Below are positions 48,440-63,055 of a stretch of 64,000 bases of DNA, in pieces. The stretch is taken from the NCBI RefSeq assembly GCF_009914755.1, contig NC_060944.1, one strand, 5' to 3'. A model generated the notes under the pieces. It was not told where the DNA came from. It did no database searches and saw only the letters and a program-made list of their open reading frames with translations. The stretch comes from the human T2T-CHM13v2.0 reference genome, Homo sapiens. Position numbers and translations under genes: made by a program. Position 1 is the stretch's first letter. The number at the start of each line of letters is the position of its first letter.

Positions 48440-48660
48440 CAAACACAGGCCTTGGAGTCAGGCATGCCTGGGGTTGAATCCTGGGCCCCTGCACCTACTA
48501 GCAGTGTGACCTTGGATGAGTGATTTAACTTCAGTTTCCTCCCCTGTAAAATCAAGGTGGATCTATAATGTCTGCCTTACAGGGAAGTAGGAGATTTAAA
48601 ATTGAAAATATAGGCAAGTTGCTAGGCACAGTGCCAGCACATAAGTGGGGACTCAGATGC
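48440..48660 (+). mobile_element. MIR
   Basis: ggccttggagtcagg...gtgtgaccttgg...cagtttcctcccctgtaaaat. Confidence 0.8.
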
Positions 48661-49329
48661 TCTCTGCAATGGCGATGTTAATTGATGGTGATGCTGCAGC
48701 ACCTTCTGGCACCTGGGACCAGGGACACACACACAGCTTTTCTCCTGTTGCCTCTCACTGCTCCCAGCCTCTGTATGATACTCTCCAGCTCTCTTCTGAC
48801 TGCAAGGAATTAGAGATGCTGTGATGATGCAAACCTCAGCTGACACTTCAGGCACCCGACGGGAGGCTGGGTGGACATCTGTATCTAGTGGGTACATGGC
48901 CAGATTTTTCATGTTCTGGCCTCAGGAATGTGGCTCCCAGACCTCCTAGAGGGGCTGATTTCCCAAGAAGCAGCTGGAAGCATGGGGACCTATTAAGAAA
49001 CATAGCCGAGGTGGAGATAAGGCAGAACTCAGCCTCAGGAGTGTCCTGGCATCCTGGGTGGACTCCTGACTCCTACTTGCTCCCTGGCCTCTGGCTTTCG
49101 GTGTGAAGATGGCCAACACATACTATGCACATATTGTGAACTGGGCACTGATGTGGGCCTTCAGGGGTGTGTGTGGGCGGAGGGAAGGGAGTATGATGAA
49201 AAGTGGCCATTATCCTAAAGCTCATAGTGCAATGGAAGTTTAAAACCCTTGGACAGGTCACATGACCCTGAACTTGAGGGTGGCAGGACGGAGACAGAGA
49301 GGCCAAGAGGTTATTTCTAGCCAGAGGAG

Positions 49330-49900
49330 TTGGTGCAAAGAGGAAGGGTTCAGGAACGACTTCCTGGAGAATGCCTAGAAGAATAACTATGGGAAATGGG
49401 AAGAGGGTCTCCCAGGCAGAGAAGAGGGCACAGCCACTGTGCCCTGGGGACCTGGAACCAGTCAGTTTGACAAAGCTCATCACATGGAATCTGAGAATGA
49501 GGCTGAAGAGCCAGGTGAGACCAGGCTGTGGAAGGTCTTGAGAGTCGGGCTGAGGTATTTGAGTTGCTTCATCAGAGAATGAGGAGCCACTGAAGCTTCT
49601 TCCATTGAGGAAGCAGAGCCAGACCAGATCCTCTTACTGTGCTCTGTGGAGACCAGCATTGTTTTTAGCCAAAGATGGCAATCAGTTGTCCAAGCCACTG
49701 GAGCGGTCTGTGAGAGCCTCTGGGATGCCCAGACATGTACAGGGGGCTTGGCTGTGGGTATAGAAGAGGAAGAGGGGCATGGACCAGAGCTGAGGTTCCC
49801 AGCTTTGAGAAATGACAGTCTTACTGGAGACGTTGGAGAGCCTCATGACAACGGAGCCCCAAATTCAAAAGTAGAGGCAAGGATGAGATGAGGGTCCAGT
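49330..49900 (-). mobile_element. L2 fragment
   Basis: acttcctggaga...aatgaggagccactgaag-type L2 motifs. Confidence 0.55.
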
Positions 49901-50902
49901 AGGCAGAGAAGAAGAAACTGGCTGGGGGAGCATGCGGGGCGGAGATGGGGCCAGGCTTTCTGGAAGGGAGGCAACCTTCAGAATGGGCAGGCTTTGGAGA
50001 CACTGAGGGTACTGAGGGGCACCCTAGTGGGGTCCATCTGAGGTGCAGAAGGGAGCTTGGAGCATGCCAGCACCAAACAGAGCCTTTGTGGGCATTCTTG
50101 CATGTCATTCTCATAGCTCTGGAAGACGGTGCTGATATTATCCCCATTGTACAGATGGGGCAACTGAGGCTCAGAGAGGCTAAGGCCTTGCTCAAGGTCA
50201 TGCAGCTCCTGTGCTAATAAATGTCCCCCATCCCTGCCCCAGCCCCTTTGCCAGAGGTGAACATTGCCCTTAGGCTGTTCAACAACACTACACTAGATAC
50301 GTATGGAAAAGTGCTTTGTATACTGTGACCTGCTATGCAGTTTGCAGGCATCCTCATCATTCCACACTAGAATAAGGCTTAACGCAGGAGGGTGTGGTTC
50401 CCACGGTCTGGGCTGGATGGAAGGTTACAGGGAAGGGTAAGGTCTCTGGGAACTGCAGTGCTTTGAGAGGCTTCTTAGAGAAGATGGAGAAGAGGAAGTA
50501 GGGGGCAGCTGGAGGGGGGAGGTCCCTGCAAGGTGGGCACTGCCACCTGTCCACCCTGCCTACTTCCTCCACCCAGACACAGCTGCCCTGTGGTGCCCTC
50601 TGCAGAGTGCCAACCTCAGTGAAACAGCCTGCCAGGCAGCACTTCCCAGAATGGTGGGTCATGCTGCTCTGTTAAGTTTGGCTCCGCTAGCTCCCTCCCT
50701 CTGGCCCAGCTCCCAGTGGCCTGGGGCTGTCACTGGGCCCGGCTGCCCTCCCGGGCAGGAGCCAGCTGCCCTCCAGCTCTCTTGTCCTGGAACACCCTCC
50801 TCCCCATGACCTCACCTTTAACCCAGCTTGGCTTAGTGTCTTCTCCTCCAGGAAGCCTTTTCTGATCCCTATGGGCTGAGTTAGGACCCCAGAGTATCTA
50901 AA

Positions 50903-51498
50903 CCTGTACTGACCAAAAGAAATATAATGTGAGCCACACGTGCAAGCCACACGCAATTTTAAATTTTCTAGTAGCCACATTTTTTAAAAAAGTCAAAAGA
51001 AACAGATGTAATTATTCAAATGATTTGTTTTATTTAACCCAATACATTCATAAGGTTTTTTTGTTTTTTTTTTTTTTGAGACGGAGTTTCGCTCTTGTCC
51101 CCCAGGCTGGAGTGCAATAGCACGATCTCAGCTTACTACAACTTCCGCCTCTTGGGTTCAAGCAATTATTCTCCTGCCTCAGCCTCTGGAGTAGCTGGGA
51201 TTATAGGCACATGCCACCATGCCCGGCTAATTTTTGTATTTTTAGTAGAGATGGGGTTTTACCATGTTGGCCAGGCTGGTCTCGAACTCCTGACCTCAGG
51301 TAATCCGCCCACCTCGGCCTCCCAAAGTGCTGGGATTACAGGTGTGAGCCATGCCCGAGACATATTACATTCTTTTTGGTATGAAATCTTCAAAATCTGA
51401 TTTTTATATTTACAGCACATTTTTATTTGAACGAGCCACATTTCAAGTGCTCCATAGCAACTAGCCATGGCTAGTAGCTACCATATTGGTTAGCACAG
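50903..51498 (+). mobile_element. MER33 (hAT-Charlie) interrupted by an Alu
   Basis: agaaatataatgtgagccac...ttttaaattttctagtagccacatt ... agccacatttcaagtgctc...ggctagtagctaccatattgg. Confidence 0.8.
51056..51357 (-). mobile_element. AluSq inside MER33
   Basis: Full dimer. Confidence 0.95.
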
Positions 51499-52812
51499 AC
51501 CTAAAAACAGGGAGTTTATAAGGGTTGAAGCTCAGAGTTTGGCACCAGACATACCTGTCAGTCATATTCCGACCCTGCCATTTATTAGCTGGATGAACTT
51601 TGGGGTCGCTAACCCTTCTGAGCCTCAGTTACTTCAGCTGTGAAAGGGATTAATAATTTCAGTGCCAGAGAATTGCTTTGAGGATTAAACAAATGAATGT
51701 GTGTCCAGTGCCAGGCACAGAGGAAGTGCTCAGAAAATGGTGGTGCTTCACCTTCTAGTATCCTCTGATGTGCTGGGGTACGTGCCTCCACTAGATTGAT
51801 TGTGAATTCAAGGGCAGAGGCTGTATTCAATTCCTCCAGCCTTCCCCAGTGTCCAGGGCCTGGCTTGGTGTGAGCATTACTGCTTGCTGAATGAAAGATT
51901 AAGTCCTTGGGCTGGGAGTGCTCCCCACCCCACCCTGCTTGCCCAGTAGTCAAGGGCCCTGGTGGCTGGGAGTCAGGAGACCACTGACTACTTGTGGGTG
52001 ACCTTGGCAAGTCACTGCTTTGCTTAGAACCTTGGTTTCCTCCTTTGAAAGATAAAAGGGAGATAGGAGGGGCCCTGCCTGAAGTGTTTGGTTGAATCTC
52101 TGCCCCGCAGTGACCTTGGGGGTCTGTGGCTGACTCTGTGTCCCTTGCTTTCCCAGCCAGTGGAGCGAATCACTTCCGTTCTCCTCCTGGCTTTCCTGTA
52201 TCCTGGACTTTTGCACCATTAAGTTCCATCCAGTTAAAATTTAAGAGGAAAGAATTTCTCCTGCCTCCTAGACAGAGCAGAGAGGGAATGAAGGGTCCTG
52301 TCCCTTCTCTTCTGCCAGCATCTGCTGACCTCCCATCACAGCAGCCCAGTGACAGACATGGGGCAGGGATTCTCCCATTTTATAGGTGAGAAAATTGAGG
52401 CTCAGAGATGTCAAATAACCTGCCTAAGTAATACAAAAAGAAATGGTAGCGCTAGGGCTGGAAGCAGAATTTGCAGCTAAGGAACTGAGGAACCCCTTTT
52501 TTGGATGGGCTCCTCTTTCCTTCTTTCTCCATGAGACTTGGTCCTAGGTTGAGTCCTATCCCTGTGCCTCAGTTTCCCTGCCTGGGGAATGAAAACAGTC
52601 AAGTAACTCAAGTAGTAATTGCAACTGATGCCTATGGGGGCCATACATTCTTAAGTGTCTCTCCTGCTTCCTCCAGCCTGATTTTTCTGGAAAGGGTTAT
52701 TGTTGGGTAAAGTGGAAAGTATGTAGTCCAGGGAGCCAGTGTAACTGTGTAAGCGTAACCTTGGGCAAGTCACTCCCACTCTGAGCCTCAGCCTGCCTAT
52801 TTATAAGATGGG

Positions 52813-53189
<377 letters not shown>

Positions 53190-55257
53190 CTAATAGAAAT
53201 GTTAGTGAATAATAATAATAATCAAAATAATTAAAATAGCAGAAGCCTCATTTTCTGTGTGGTCTCAATGACCTGAAGTGAATTGAGCCCTTTGGGTATA
53301 AATGCAGAACGATGTCTGGGAACATCCTGCCTCGGTCTTTGGAGTGTAGCCTGGATTCTCCTGGGAAAGTGAGAGGCTCCATCTGGTTGAGGAGGGTGGG
53401 AAAGTGGCCCTGCCCCAGGGGAGGAGTGGGGAGGGCTTCAGCCTGGGGGAAGGAAGGAAAGGGAGATGGCCAGGGAAGGAGAGTTGAACTAAGAGGAACA
53501 GAGAGAGCCTTGGCCATGCAGCCCAGAGCCTCCTGCCCACGGGAGCCCACGATTGGGAAGGCTCAGCCAGCAGGGGAGACTGAGCCTATTTGGAATCAAA
53601 ATACTTGAAGGCAGGCAGTCAAGAATCTCTTAGCAGCTGTGCATCTGAAACAATAAATGCATCTGGTATAACTCCTGAGTTTTATTGGTCCTTTCACTCA
53701 TTCATTTAAATAAATGTGTGGTGAGCTAAACTCAAACAGAGCACCTTGTGTGGCAAAGTGACTTGCCCAAGGCCACGGCCCCAGGGGCCTGTGTGAGACT
53801 CCCTTGGGAGCTCCTGGGAAAAAGTGAATTTGAAAGGCCTGGGGATGAGAAGTCCAAAGGCAAAGGACAGGATTTGTACAGAAGGCTGCCAAGCAGGACA
53901 CTCGTCCTTCTGTCAGTCGGCCTGGGCAGATTTGTCTGTCTTCCCACCTTCTGTCTGGAGGGTGGGCCTGTTCTCTAGGACTGGGAGAAGCTGGCTTCAT
54001 TCTGCTCTCTGCTCTTCATCCGCTGCTGAACCTGGTGAGCGGGGGAGTGAAGGCACCGGAAGCTTTGTCTAAAGACACCTGATGAAGGAGGTTTAAGTTG
54101 GAGAAGAGAAGGCTTGCTTTGGGCATGGTACAAAGGGACGCAATTGTATCTTGAGTTCTCTAAAGGGTGCTGAGGAGAGGGCATAGCCTCATTCTTTGGA
54201 GGCCCTAGAGTGCCTATGAGGACCCAGGGTAGAAGGTCACCATGATGGAGCAGCACACTGGGAGGGAGGAGTTGGGGGAGGGAGGTGCCTGGCTCTATAG
54301 TGTGTGACAAGCAGAGATGGAGAGCCCACTGGTGAGGCTGATACTGAGGGAATCGCATCAGGGAAGGATGGAGGGCTCAGCTCACATCGAGGCTGCTTCC
54401 CAGCTTGGGGCCTCTGTGCTTCCCAGGGCAGTGGATTCTGTGGTAAGAACTATGGCCAGCACATGGTAGGTACTTAGGAATGATGTGAAGAATGAATGAA
54501 TAGTTGTGTATGCCTGGAGGTGAGGGTGGTGACTGGGGGTTCGCGGTCATATGGGTTGCAGTGGACCCATGGACAGAAATCTTTGGAGATCATGCTGCGG
54601 TTACCCACCATTCTCTCTATGCCTTCGCCATGAACTAGGGACCCTAGAGATAGGAACGTCCAGCCCTTTCGTCATTTGCAAATGAGGCCCAGAGCATGGA
54701 ACAACTTGCCCAAGGGTACTTGCTGAGCCAGTGGCAGACCTGGACTGGAACCCAGGCCCTCTCCCTCCCAGAGTCCTCTGTGGCTTGAGGTCCCCACCTT
54801 CGGATTGTGTGAGATGGAGGTGCTGCAGTGGTTGGACTGGTTTTTTTAGTGGGTAACAGTGCTCCTGGAGGGGAGGAGCATGGCTTACCTTGGTTTTGAG
54901 CCATGATCTCTGCCACAAGCTGCTTGGCCAGCCCCTGCCCTTTCCTGGAGCTCAGGTGCACACTCAGCCTGTGCTCAGACACATACAGCAAGTGCGCCTG
55001 TACACAGGCCCCATCCCCAATAGGTCCCTGGGCTCTCACTGTTACACTTACTGTCATTGTCACCAAGGCGCATGTGGACAAATGTACACATAGACACCCT
55101 CTGGACACACTCAGAGGCACAGAGGATTCCCAGGAGACAGTTGTAATACCTCCTCCCGGTGGGGGAGGACGCCGAGTCCTAGGCGGGTTCTGCCCTGTCG
55201 CTGTGCTGCAGGGGTGGTGAGGGGATCCGGCTCCGGTGGGATGGGAGGCCCACTGAG

Positions 55258-55280
55258 GCTGAGTCACCCCTTCTGAGTCA
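55258..55280. promoter_or_regulatory. Tandem AP-1 sites; the first is embedded in an ARE (NRF2/BACH-MAF) core
   Basis: TGAGTCA at 55260-55266 and 55274-55280; minus-strand GTGACTCAGC (55258-55267) matches RTGAYnnnGC. Confidence 0.45.
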
Positions 55281-55699
55281 GGCATGCATCCCCCTCTTCT
55301 CTCCTCCCCCTCCCTTTCTCGCTGATGAGCCCCCAAGAGGGCTTGGCGAGAGCAAGGAGGCCCGGGGCTGGCTAGGACCAGGGTGGGGGCAGCCGGGGCG
55401 CTCGAGAGGCCCCCCAGCTGCACAGTCCCGCAGTGGTCTGGGAACTGCCCGTGTGGCACGGACCGGGAGGAGGTGGCCTGGGAGCCTGAGAGAGAGGGCG
55501 GGGCGCGGGGGGAGGTGGGTGGTAGAGGAGACAGGCAGAGAGGAGGCGGAGGCAGGGGCAGGGCCGCGGCGCGCTGGGAGGCAGGCGCAAGCGGCGGCCG
55601 CCCCTGGGCTGGGCTCCGAGGCCGGGGCGGGGGCGGGGGCTGGCCGCGCGTCGGGCGCCAGGCCCGGGGCTGTGGGCACCGTGCCCAGCCCCTGGCGCA

Positions 55700-55888
55700 C
55701 GCCGAGCCGCCGCCGCCGCCGCCGCTGCTGCAGTCGGCATCCATCAGCGGGCGGGGGTGTCGCCGAACAGGCTGCTCCGCAGAGCCCGCCGCGACCCCGC
55801 GCCGCCCCGCCCCGCGGCCTGCCTGCCAGAGGAGCCGAGGGGGCCGCCCCTCGCCCAACCTGCCCGACATGGGGAACCCCGGGCCCAG
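55700..55888 (+). other. EPB41L1: Major CpG-island first exon (5' UTR) with upstream ATG at 55869
   Basis: GC-rich sequence gcagtcggcatccatcagcgggc...gacATGGGGAACCCCGGGCCCAG recognised as the EPB41L1 mRNA 5' end; donor CAG|GTAGGC at 55889. TSS position is approximate. Confidence 0.8.
55706..55732 (+). repeat. (GCC)6(GCT)2GCA trinucleotide tract at the 5' end of the first exon
   Basis: Read directly. Confidence 0.9.
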
Positions 55889-57924
55889 GTAGGCACATGG
55901 GGGAATCAGGTGGCTCTCGGGGCCGGGGGCTTGCAACATCTAGGCCCAGCCTCCAGCCCTGGGGAGGAACGGGGGCGAGGCCGAGAACTGAGTTTTCAGG
56001 CTGTTGGTCCCCTGGCCAGTGTGGGGGAGGGTCTCGCTGTTCCTCCCTACCTACCGGTCTGCAGCCTCCTCCAAGGCCTGGAGAGAGGATCCGGAGGCTG
56101 GGGGTTGGCGGGGGGTTGGTCCTGCTGTAGGATGAGCGGTGGGTGGGCGCTGGGCTCCCACCGGCTGGCCCAGTCTCTTTTCGGAGAGCACTCCTGCTGC
56201 CGCCTCCAGAGGCCAAGGGCTCTTTGGATTTCTGCTGCTTCTGACGCTGCAGGAGGAGTTCTTGGCTGGAGCCTGGGATGCTGGCGAGCCCTTGCCCTCA
56301 TCTCTCCTCACTCTGGTTACGGACCCTTCCCCGCTCTGGGCTTGCCTCCCCTTCCGTCTCCCTTCCAAGTACCTCAGAGCTGCTAGGAGGGATCTTAGCC
56401 CTAGGACTTCTGCAGTTCTGGCCTGGCATTGTCCTGGCCAGTGACCGTCCCCTGATCAGAGGGAGAGGGCTTGTGTGTCCCACTTGTGTCTGGCACCTTC
56501 ACACTTGGGGAGGTCCAAGGGCCCGAGAGGCTGGGGTCTCAGGGATGGGCATGGGGGGCCAATGTCTACAGCCATTGGGGTACTTACTGGGTGCAGAGGC
56601 CACTGACTGGCAGACGTATATGGCTCAAAGTGGTCCATGGAGACCTTGAAGTCTGGACAAGGACCAAAAGGGAGTTCTGGGGATGCTGGTCTCTCCCTCA
56701 GCTGCCAGCCATCGTCGTTGCTTTTCCCTCGGAGCTCTGAGGATGCATTGGTGGGGGAGAGAGCACCACGTGTTCCCACATTCACTTCTGGATCCGCATA
56801 GCACCTCCTCTGCACCCAAAGGTGGGAATGTGAGACGGCCAGATTTAGGACCTCTCCAGGGCTGTGCGGGGTCCAGCGGCTTGGCTTCATTCCCACCCCA
56901 TCCCCCCACCCTCAGCATTAGGAGCCTTCCAGAATCAGTGGCACTTGAGCCAGGTCAAGATCTGGGGCCTGGATGGTGCCCTCCGCAGCTCTTGGAAGAC
57001 AGTGCCTCCTGTCCCGGGCAAGGGTGTGGAGAATAGAGGCAGCTGTGTGCCTCTCTGCCCACCCATTCCTCCAGATGGAGCCTGCGGCAGAGGCAGCCTG
57101 TGCCAGCCTCCCCTATGAGCCACCGTGGCCCAGGAAGGCTCTGCCAGCTCTGTGCAAGGATGGAGCTGGCTTCTCCTGGCCAGCCTGAGGTCATGCCTGC
57201 CTGGCAACCCAGGCATAGTATTTATGGCATGCAGAGCACAGTCCCTGGGATTTCAGGGGCACCTCAAGGCAGTCCTGGAGGAGATCAGTGCAGAGGGCAT
57301 TGTTCCTATTAAAGCCCTTCCTGGGCTATGTGACAGTCCTCCTGGGCTCAGCCCTGTGAGCTTCTTGAAGAGCTTCTTCCATAGAATCCTGCATGAAAAC
57401 AATGCTTGGTCAGGTAGTCCTCACTCAGTCGATATTGAAAGGTTGAACGGGGCCTAGAGAGTAAGAGTGACTTGGCCAAGGTCACAAAGCAGCTGAGCGG
57501 GGGAGTCAGCATTAATGTACCCAGGTCTTCCACCTCTTGTTCTGGGGCTCTTGCAGCTCAGGTGCTGGCTTCCCTGCTGCGGTGGTTGTGCTATAGACAG
57601 GACTCTGCCAAGGGCTAGGCATTGTAGCCTGGAGCCTGAGGCTACCTGATCCCTTAGGAGGGGTGTTATGTTGGCCTCCCAGCCCTTGCCCTCAGTAGGT
57701 GAGCAGGAGAGGTCAGGGCTGAGAGAAAGGGCCGTGGGTGGTCCTGGACCCTCTTGGAAGTGCATAGAGCTGAGAGGATGCCAGGTGCCCAGGGATGTTC
57801 TGGCCTGAGCCTCCAGGGGGCAACAGAGAGTTTTCTGACTTCAGGCTGTGGTGGGAGGTGCTTGTTAGCACCTGCCGGGACTTCCCTAAGAGCCCCTTTC
57901 TGGGCTTCTCTGTCCCATTTGTTA

Positions 57925-58280
<356 letters not shown>

Positions 58281-58939
58281 TCAAAGTGATAGTATTTATT
58301 GAAACTTACTGTATGCCATGTACTGCAAGAAGTGCTTTGAGTCATTTCACAGTAACCCTGTCAGATAGATGTGATTAATTATCCACTTTTTACAGAGGAG
58401 AAACTGAGGCTCAGAGAGGTTATGTCACTGGACTAAAGTTACGCAGCTGGAAAGTGCGAGGCGGTCTGAGTCCAGAGCCCTTCTTTCTACCATGACATTT
58501 ACTGGGGGCAATATCTGGAAGTACCAGGTTGGTGTCCAGTGGAGCCAGGCAATTCATTGGTAGGCCAGGGCCAGTCCAGGTGGAGAGGTGTGTGAGGGGT
58601 GTGTGTGTGTGTGCCTGGTGAGGCAAGGGTGGCTTTGTGGACTGAATATTACTATAGTGCTGAGGGGTAGGGGTAGATAAGTACTGACTAGGAGCTCTCA
58701 GAGAAGGATTAGCCTTGGCCTTCTCCTTCCTGGCCAGGGTCCCCCAGAAGTGGGGAAACACCAGACTCCCTGCTCCCATTGGCTTTTAGGGAAGATGGGC
58801 TGGCTCTGGACACATCCCGAGGCCACAGTGGGGACTGGGCTAAGGAGGCCCTGTGGGCAGGGAGCTGAGCCTTGGTGGATGGGTGGGGGTGGAGCAGGCT
58901 GGCACTGCTTCCTTTGTGGGCTAGAGGCTTGTGGATCAG

Positions 58940-59190
58940 AATAGTAACAGCTAACATTTATTGAGCATTTATTATGTGCCAGGCCCAGTTTTAAGGGCTT
59001 CCATGTACAACTCATACGTTCTTCACAAAGCCCTGTGAGGTGTAGATGAGGTATAGGAGTTATTCTTCCCGTTTTACAGATTGATGGAGCTGTGGCTTAG
59101 ATAGTTGTTCAAGGTCAAATAGCTAGGCTGTGGGGGAGTCAGGATTCAAACCTAGGCAGTGTGGGTCAGAGCCATGTTCCTGAAGGCCAT
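58940..59190 (-). mobile_element. MIR
   Basis: aacagctaacatttattgagcatttattatgtgccaggc...ggattcaaacctaggcagt. Many further MIR/L2 fragments occur across the window and are not itemised. Confidence 0.8.
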
Positions 59191-61277
59191 GCCAGGCAGC
59201 CTGTAGTTTCTCAGAGGCCATACTCTGTTTTGTTCAAGTTGAAATAGTCACTCAGTCAGATGCATCCCTCTCCTCAAAGGCCTCCCAGTCTAGCTGGGAG
59301 AGATGCAGACATGACACACTAAAAGTAAAGAGTGTGCTATTGCATAGGCTCAGCATGGATTCCTATTTTGGTGCTCAGGGAAGGCTTCAAGAAGACGGGG
59401 ACCTTTGAGCTGGGCACTGAAGGCCAAGTCGGATTTCGATGGTTGAAGGGGGAAGGGCACCCACTTCCCCAGGTCAGAGGGGAAGGAAATAGGAATGCCT
59501 CTGAAGAAGAGTGGGCGGTCTGATGTGCGTGGAACAGATAGTGTGTGTGGCGGAGTGTGAGCTGGGAGGTGACTCAGAAAGTCACCTAGTGTTTGGGTTT
59601 TTGATGGAGCTCTGGAATCCACCAGACGTAGGCTATAGTCACAGCAATGCATTGTATTAGCCACGTGGCCTTGGGCACATCACTCAGCTGGCCCAAACCT
59701 CAGTTTCCTCATTCGTAAAATGCAGATAAACATGCCTGTCTCACAGGGACCATGTTGTGGTTGTTATATAAAGCACCTAGTGTAATGCTAACACATTGCA
59801 GGAACTCAGTAAACATTACTTCTCTCCCGCTTCTGTCTCTCTTAAATGTCAGGCCAAGGTGTTTCGACTTGACGTGAGCCGGGATGCTCTAGGAATCTTT
59901 GCAGGATTTTAGTCTGCTGAGGAGCATGACAGAACTGTGTTTTGGGAAGGTCCTTTTGGCAACCGTATGATCCACAGGAGAGGGTGGACGTGATCTTACA
60001 GGAGAAACCTTAACTGTGGGGACTTGGAGGGCTGGGGAGGGATCAAGATTGGCACTCATTAAGGTGTCCCTCTGGTAGTGGGTGGTTCGCCAGGTTGGAG
60101 AAGGAGGAGCTTGGAGTGGGTAAGGCCACAGGGTCAGGAATTCTGTTTCAGGCCTGGTGAGTTTGAGAAGGGCTGGTCTCCCTTTAGTCATCTGGAAGAT
60201 TGGGTAGCATCTTTTTTGCACATCTGGCCTGTTTTTCCTTTGAATTATTTCTTTTGAATAAATCCCCATCAGAGCTTCCTCTATAATAGCAGTAAATTGG
60301 GACTAAGTGTCCAACAATAGGAAGATGATTGGGAAAGCTTTGGAACATCCACTGGATAAAATAATACGCAGTGGTGAACACCCACAGAAAAACTGCTTGC
60401 AGTGGATGGAGCTGTGCAATTGCAAAGCTCTTTTGCATCCTTGATTCATTTTGTGCTTATGACTGCTCTGCGACAGAGGTGGGGCCGGGGCTAGATCCTT
60501 TCTGTGTTTGAAGAGAATGACGCTAGACTCCAGTCTCCTTGAAGGCAGAGTTGAGTTCACATTTTATTCATTGTTTCGTCGCAGCATGTTGCTCAGTGGT
60601 TTGCAAATACTTGTCCGATGAAAGAATGAGTGAACTAATCAAGAGGGGAAGTGACTTGATCAAGGTCACTCAAGTTGTAAGACATAGTGCCTGCCATATT
60701 CTTGCTATTCCCTACTTGCCACATTCTTCTCACTAACCACTCACTATCTTCGAGGGGAATAGGACAGAGAGGTTCCCAGTGAGGACCTGGCACTTGCATA
60801 GAACAGGGTTTAAGTCTTCTTTCTGTTTTTACTAGCTGTGAGGCAATTGGCAAGTTAATTAATCTTTCAAAGCCCCAGTTTGCCCAGCTGTAATGTGGAT
60901 AGTCCAAGTACCTGGTTTTAGGGTTGTCATCAAGATTGAATAAGTTAAGGCATGTAAACATCTTGGCATGGTAACTAGTACATAGTGAAGTATCCATGAA
61001 CATTAGTGGAGATGATGATGATGTCATGATGTGATGTCATTAATGGTCTGATACAATTAATGTTAAATGGGAAAGAAGACCCATAAGATTATCAGTATTC
61101 ATATTACAATGGTATAAAATTAGGTATGAACATAGATACAGATTGGAAGAAAACAGGTAGAAAATGGAGTTCCAGCAAGCATATGGGAAGTGAATAAAAC
61201 AGAAAAACAAATATTTCTTTACTGTTATATTTACTTTTCTTTAGTTTTAATTACAAAAAAAATTTGTGGAAAATCTA

Positions 61278-61612
<335 letters not shown>

Positions 61613-62150
61613 AGTGTATTCTCCCCTTAGATCCCCAAACAAATCCTACTCTCCAGTCGTAGCTAATAACAGCATGTTGTGTATCCTTCCAGGATATTTT
61701 CTATACCAACATAAACATACAAACCAGAATGGGATCATACATTGCATTATTGTTTTACAACTTGCATTTTTCATGTAACTACACATTGACATCTTTTTAT
61801 GTCAGTAGATATAAAATCTATCTCAAAAATTTTTGCAATAGGTATGTTATACTTTCATAATTAAATTTTTAATGGATAAACCCTACTAATTTGGCCAGCC
61901 CCCCTGTTGATTGACATTTGAAGTTGTTTCCAATTTTACGGTATTCTAAGTAACGCTAACTGAACTCTAACAGTATTTAGACAATTAGTGAAAATCAAGT
62001 GAGAGAAGGAGTCAGAAACCATGAGACCGTGAGAGTTGCCCTCAAAGGTCTGCTGCTTCTCCCTTCTCCTGTTCCCTCCTCTCCTCACTGGAGCCTGGGG
62101 GAACTGGTCTTGGAGGAGGCCATCTCTCTGTCACCCTCAAAAGGTGGTGA

Positions 62151-63055
<905 letters not shown>

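Larger units (their letters stand above)
55340..56200. promoter_or_regulatory. CpG island / TATA-less promoter
   Basis: Abrupt rise in GC content and CpG density. Sp/KLF GC boxes (GGGCGGGG ~55496, GGGGCGGGGGCGGGGG 55624-55639) and a (GCC)n tract. Confidence 0.9.

Noticed and set aside
54644-55939. 431-aa minus-strand ORF and overlapping 200-312-aa ORFs
   Set aside because: They lie over the CpG island, where stops are rare in all frames. The Pro/Ala/Gly/Arg-rich low-complexity products have no recognisable domain.
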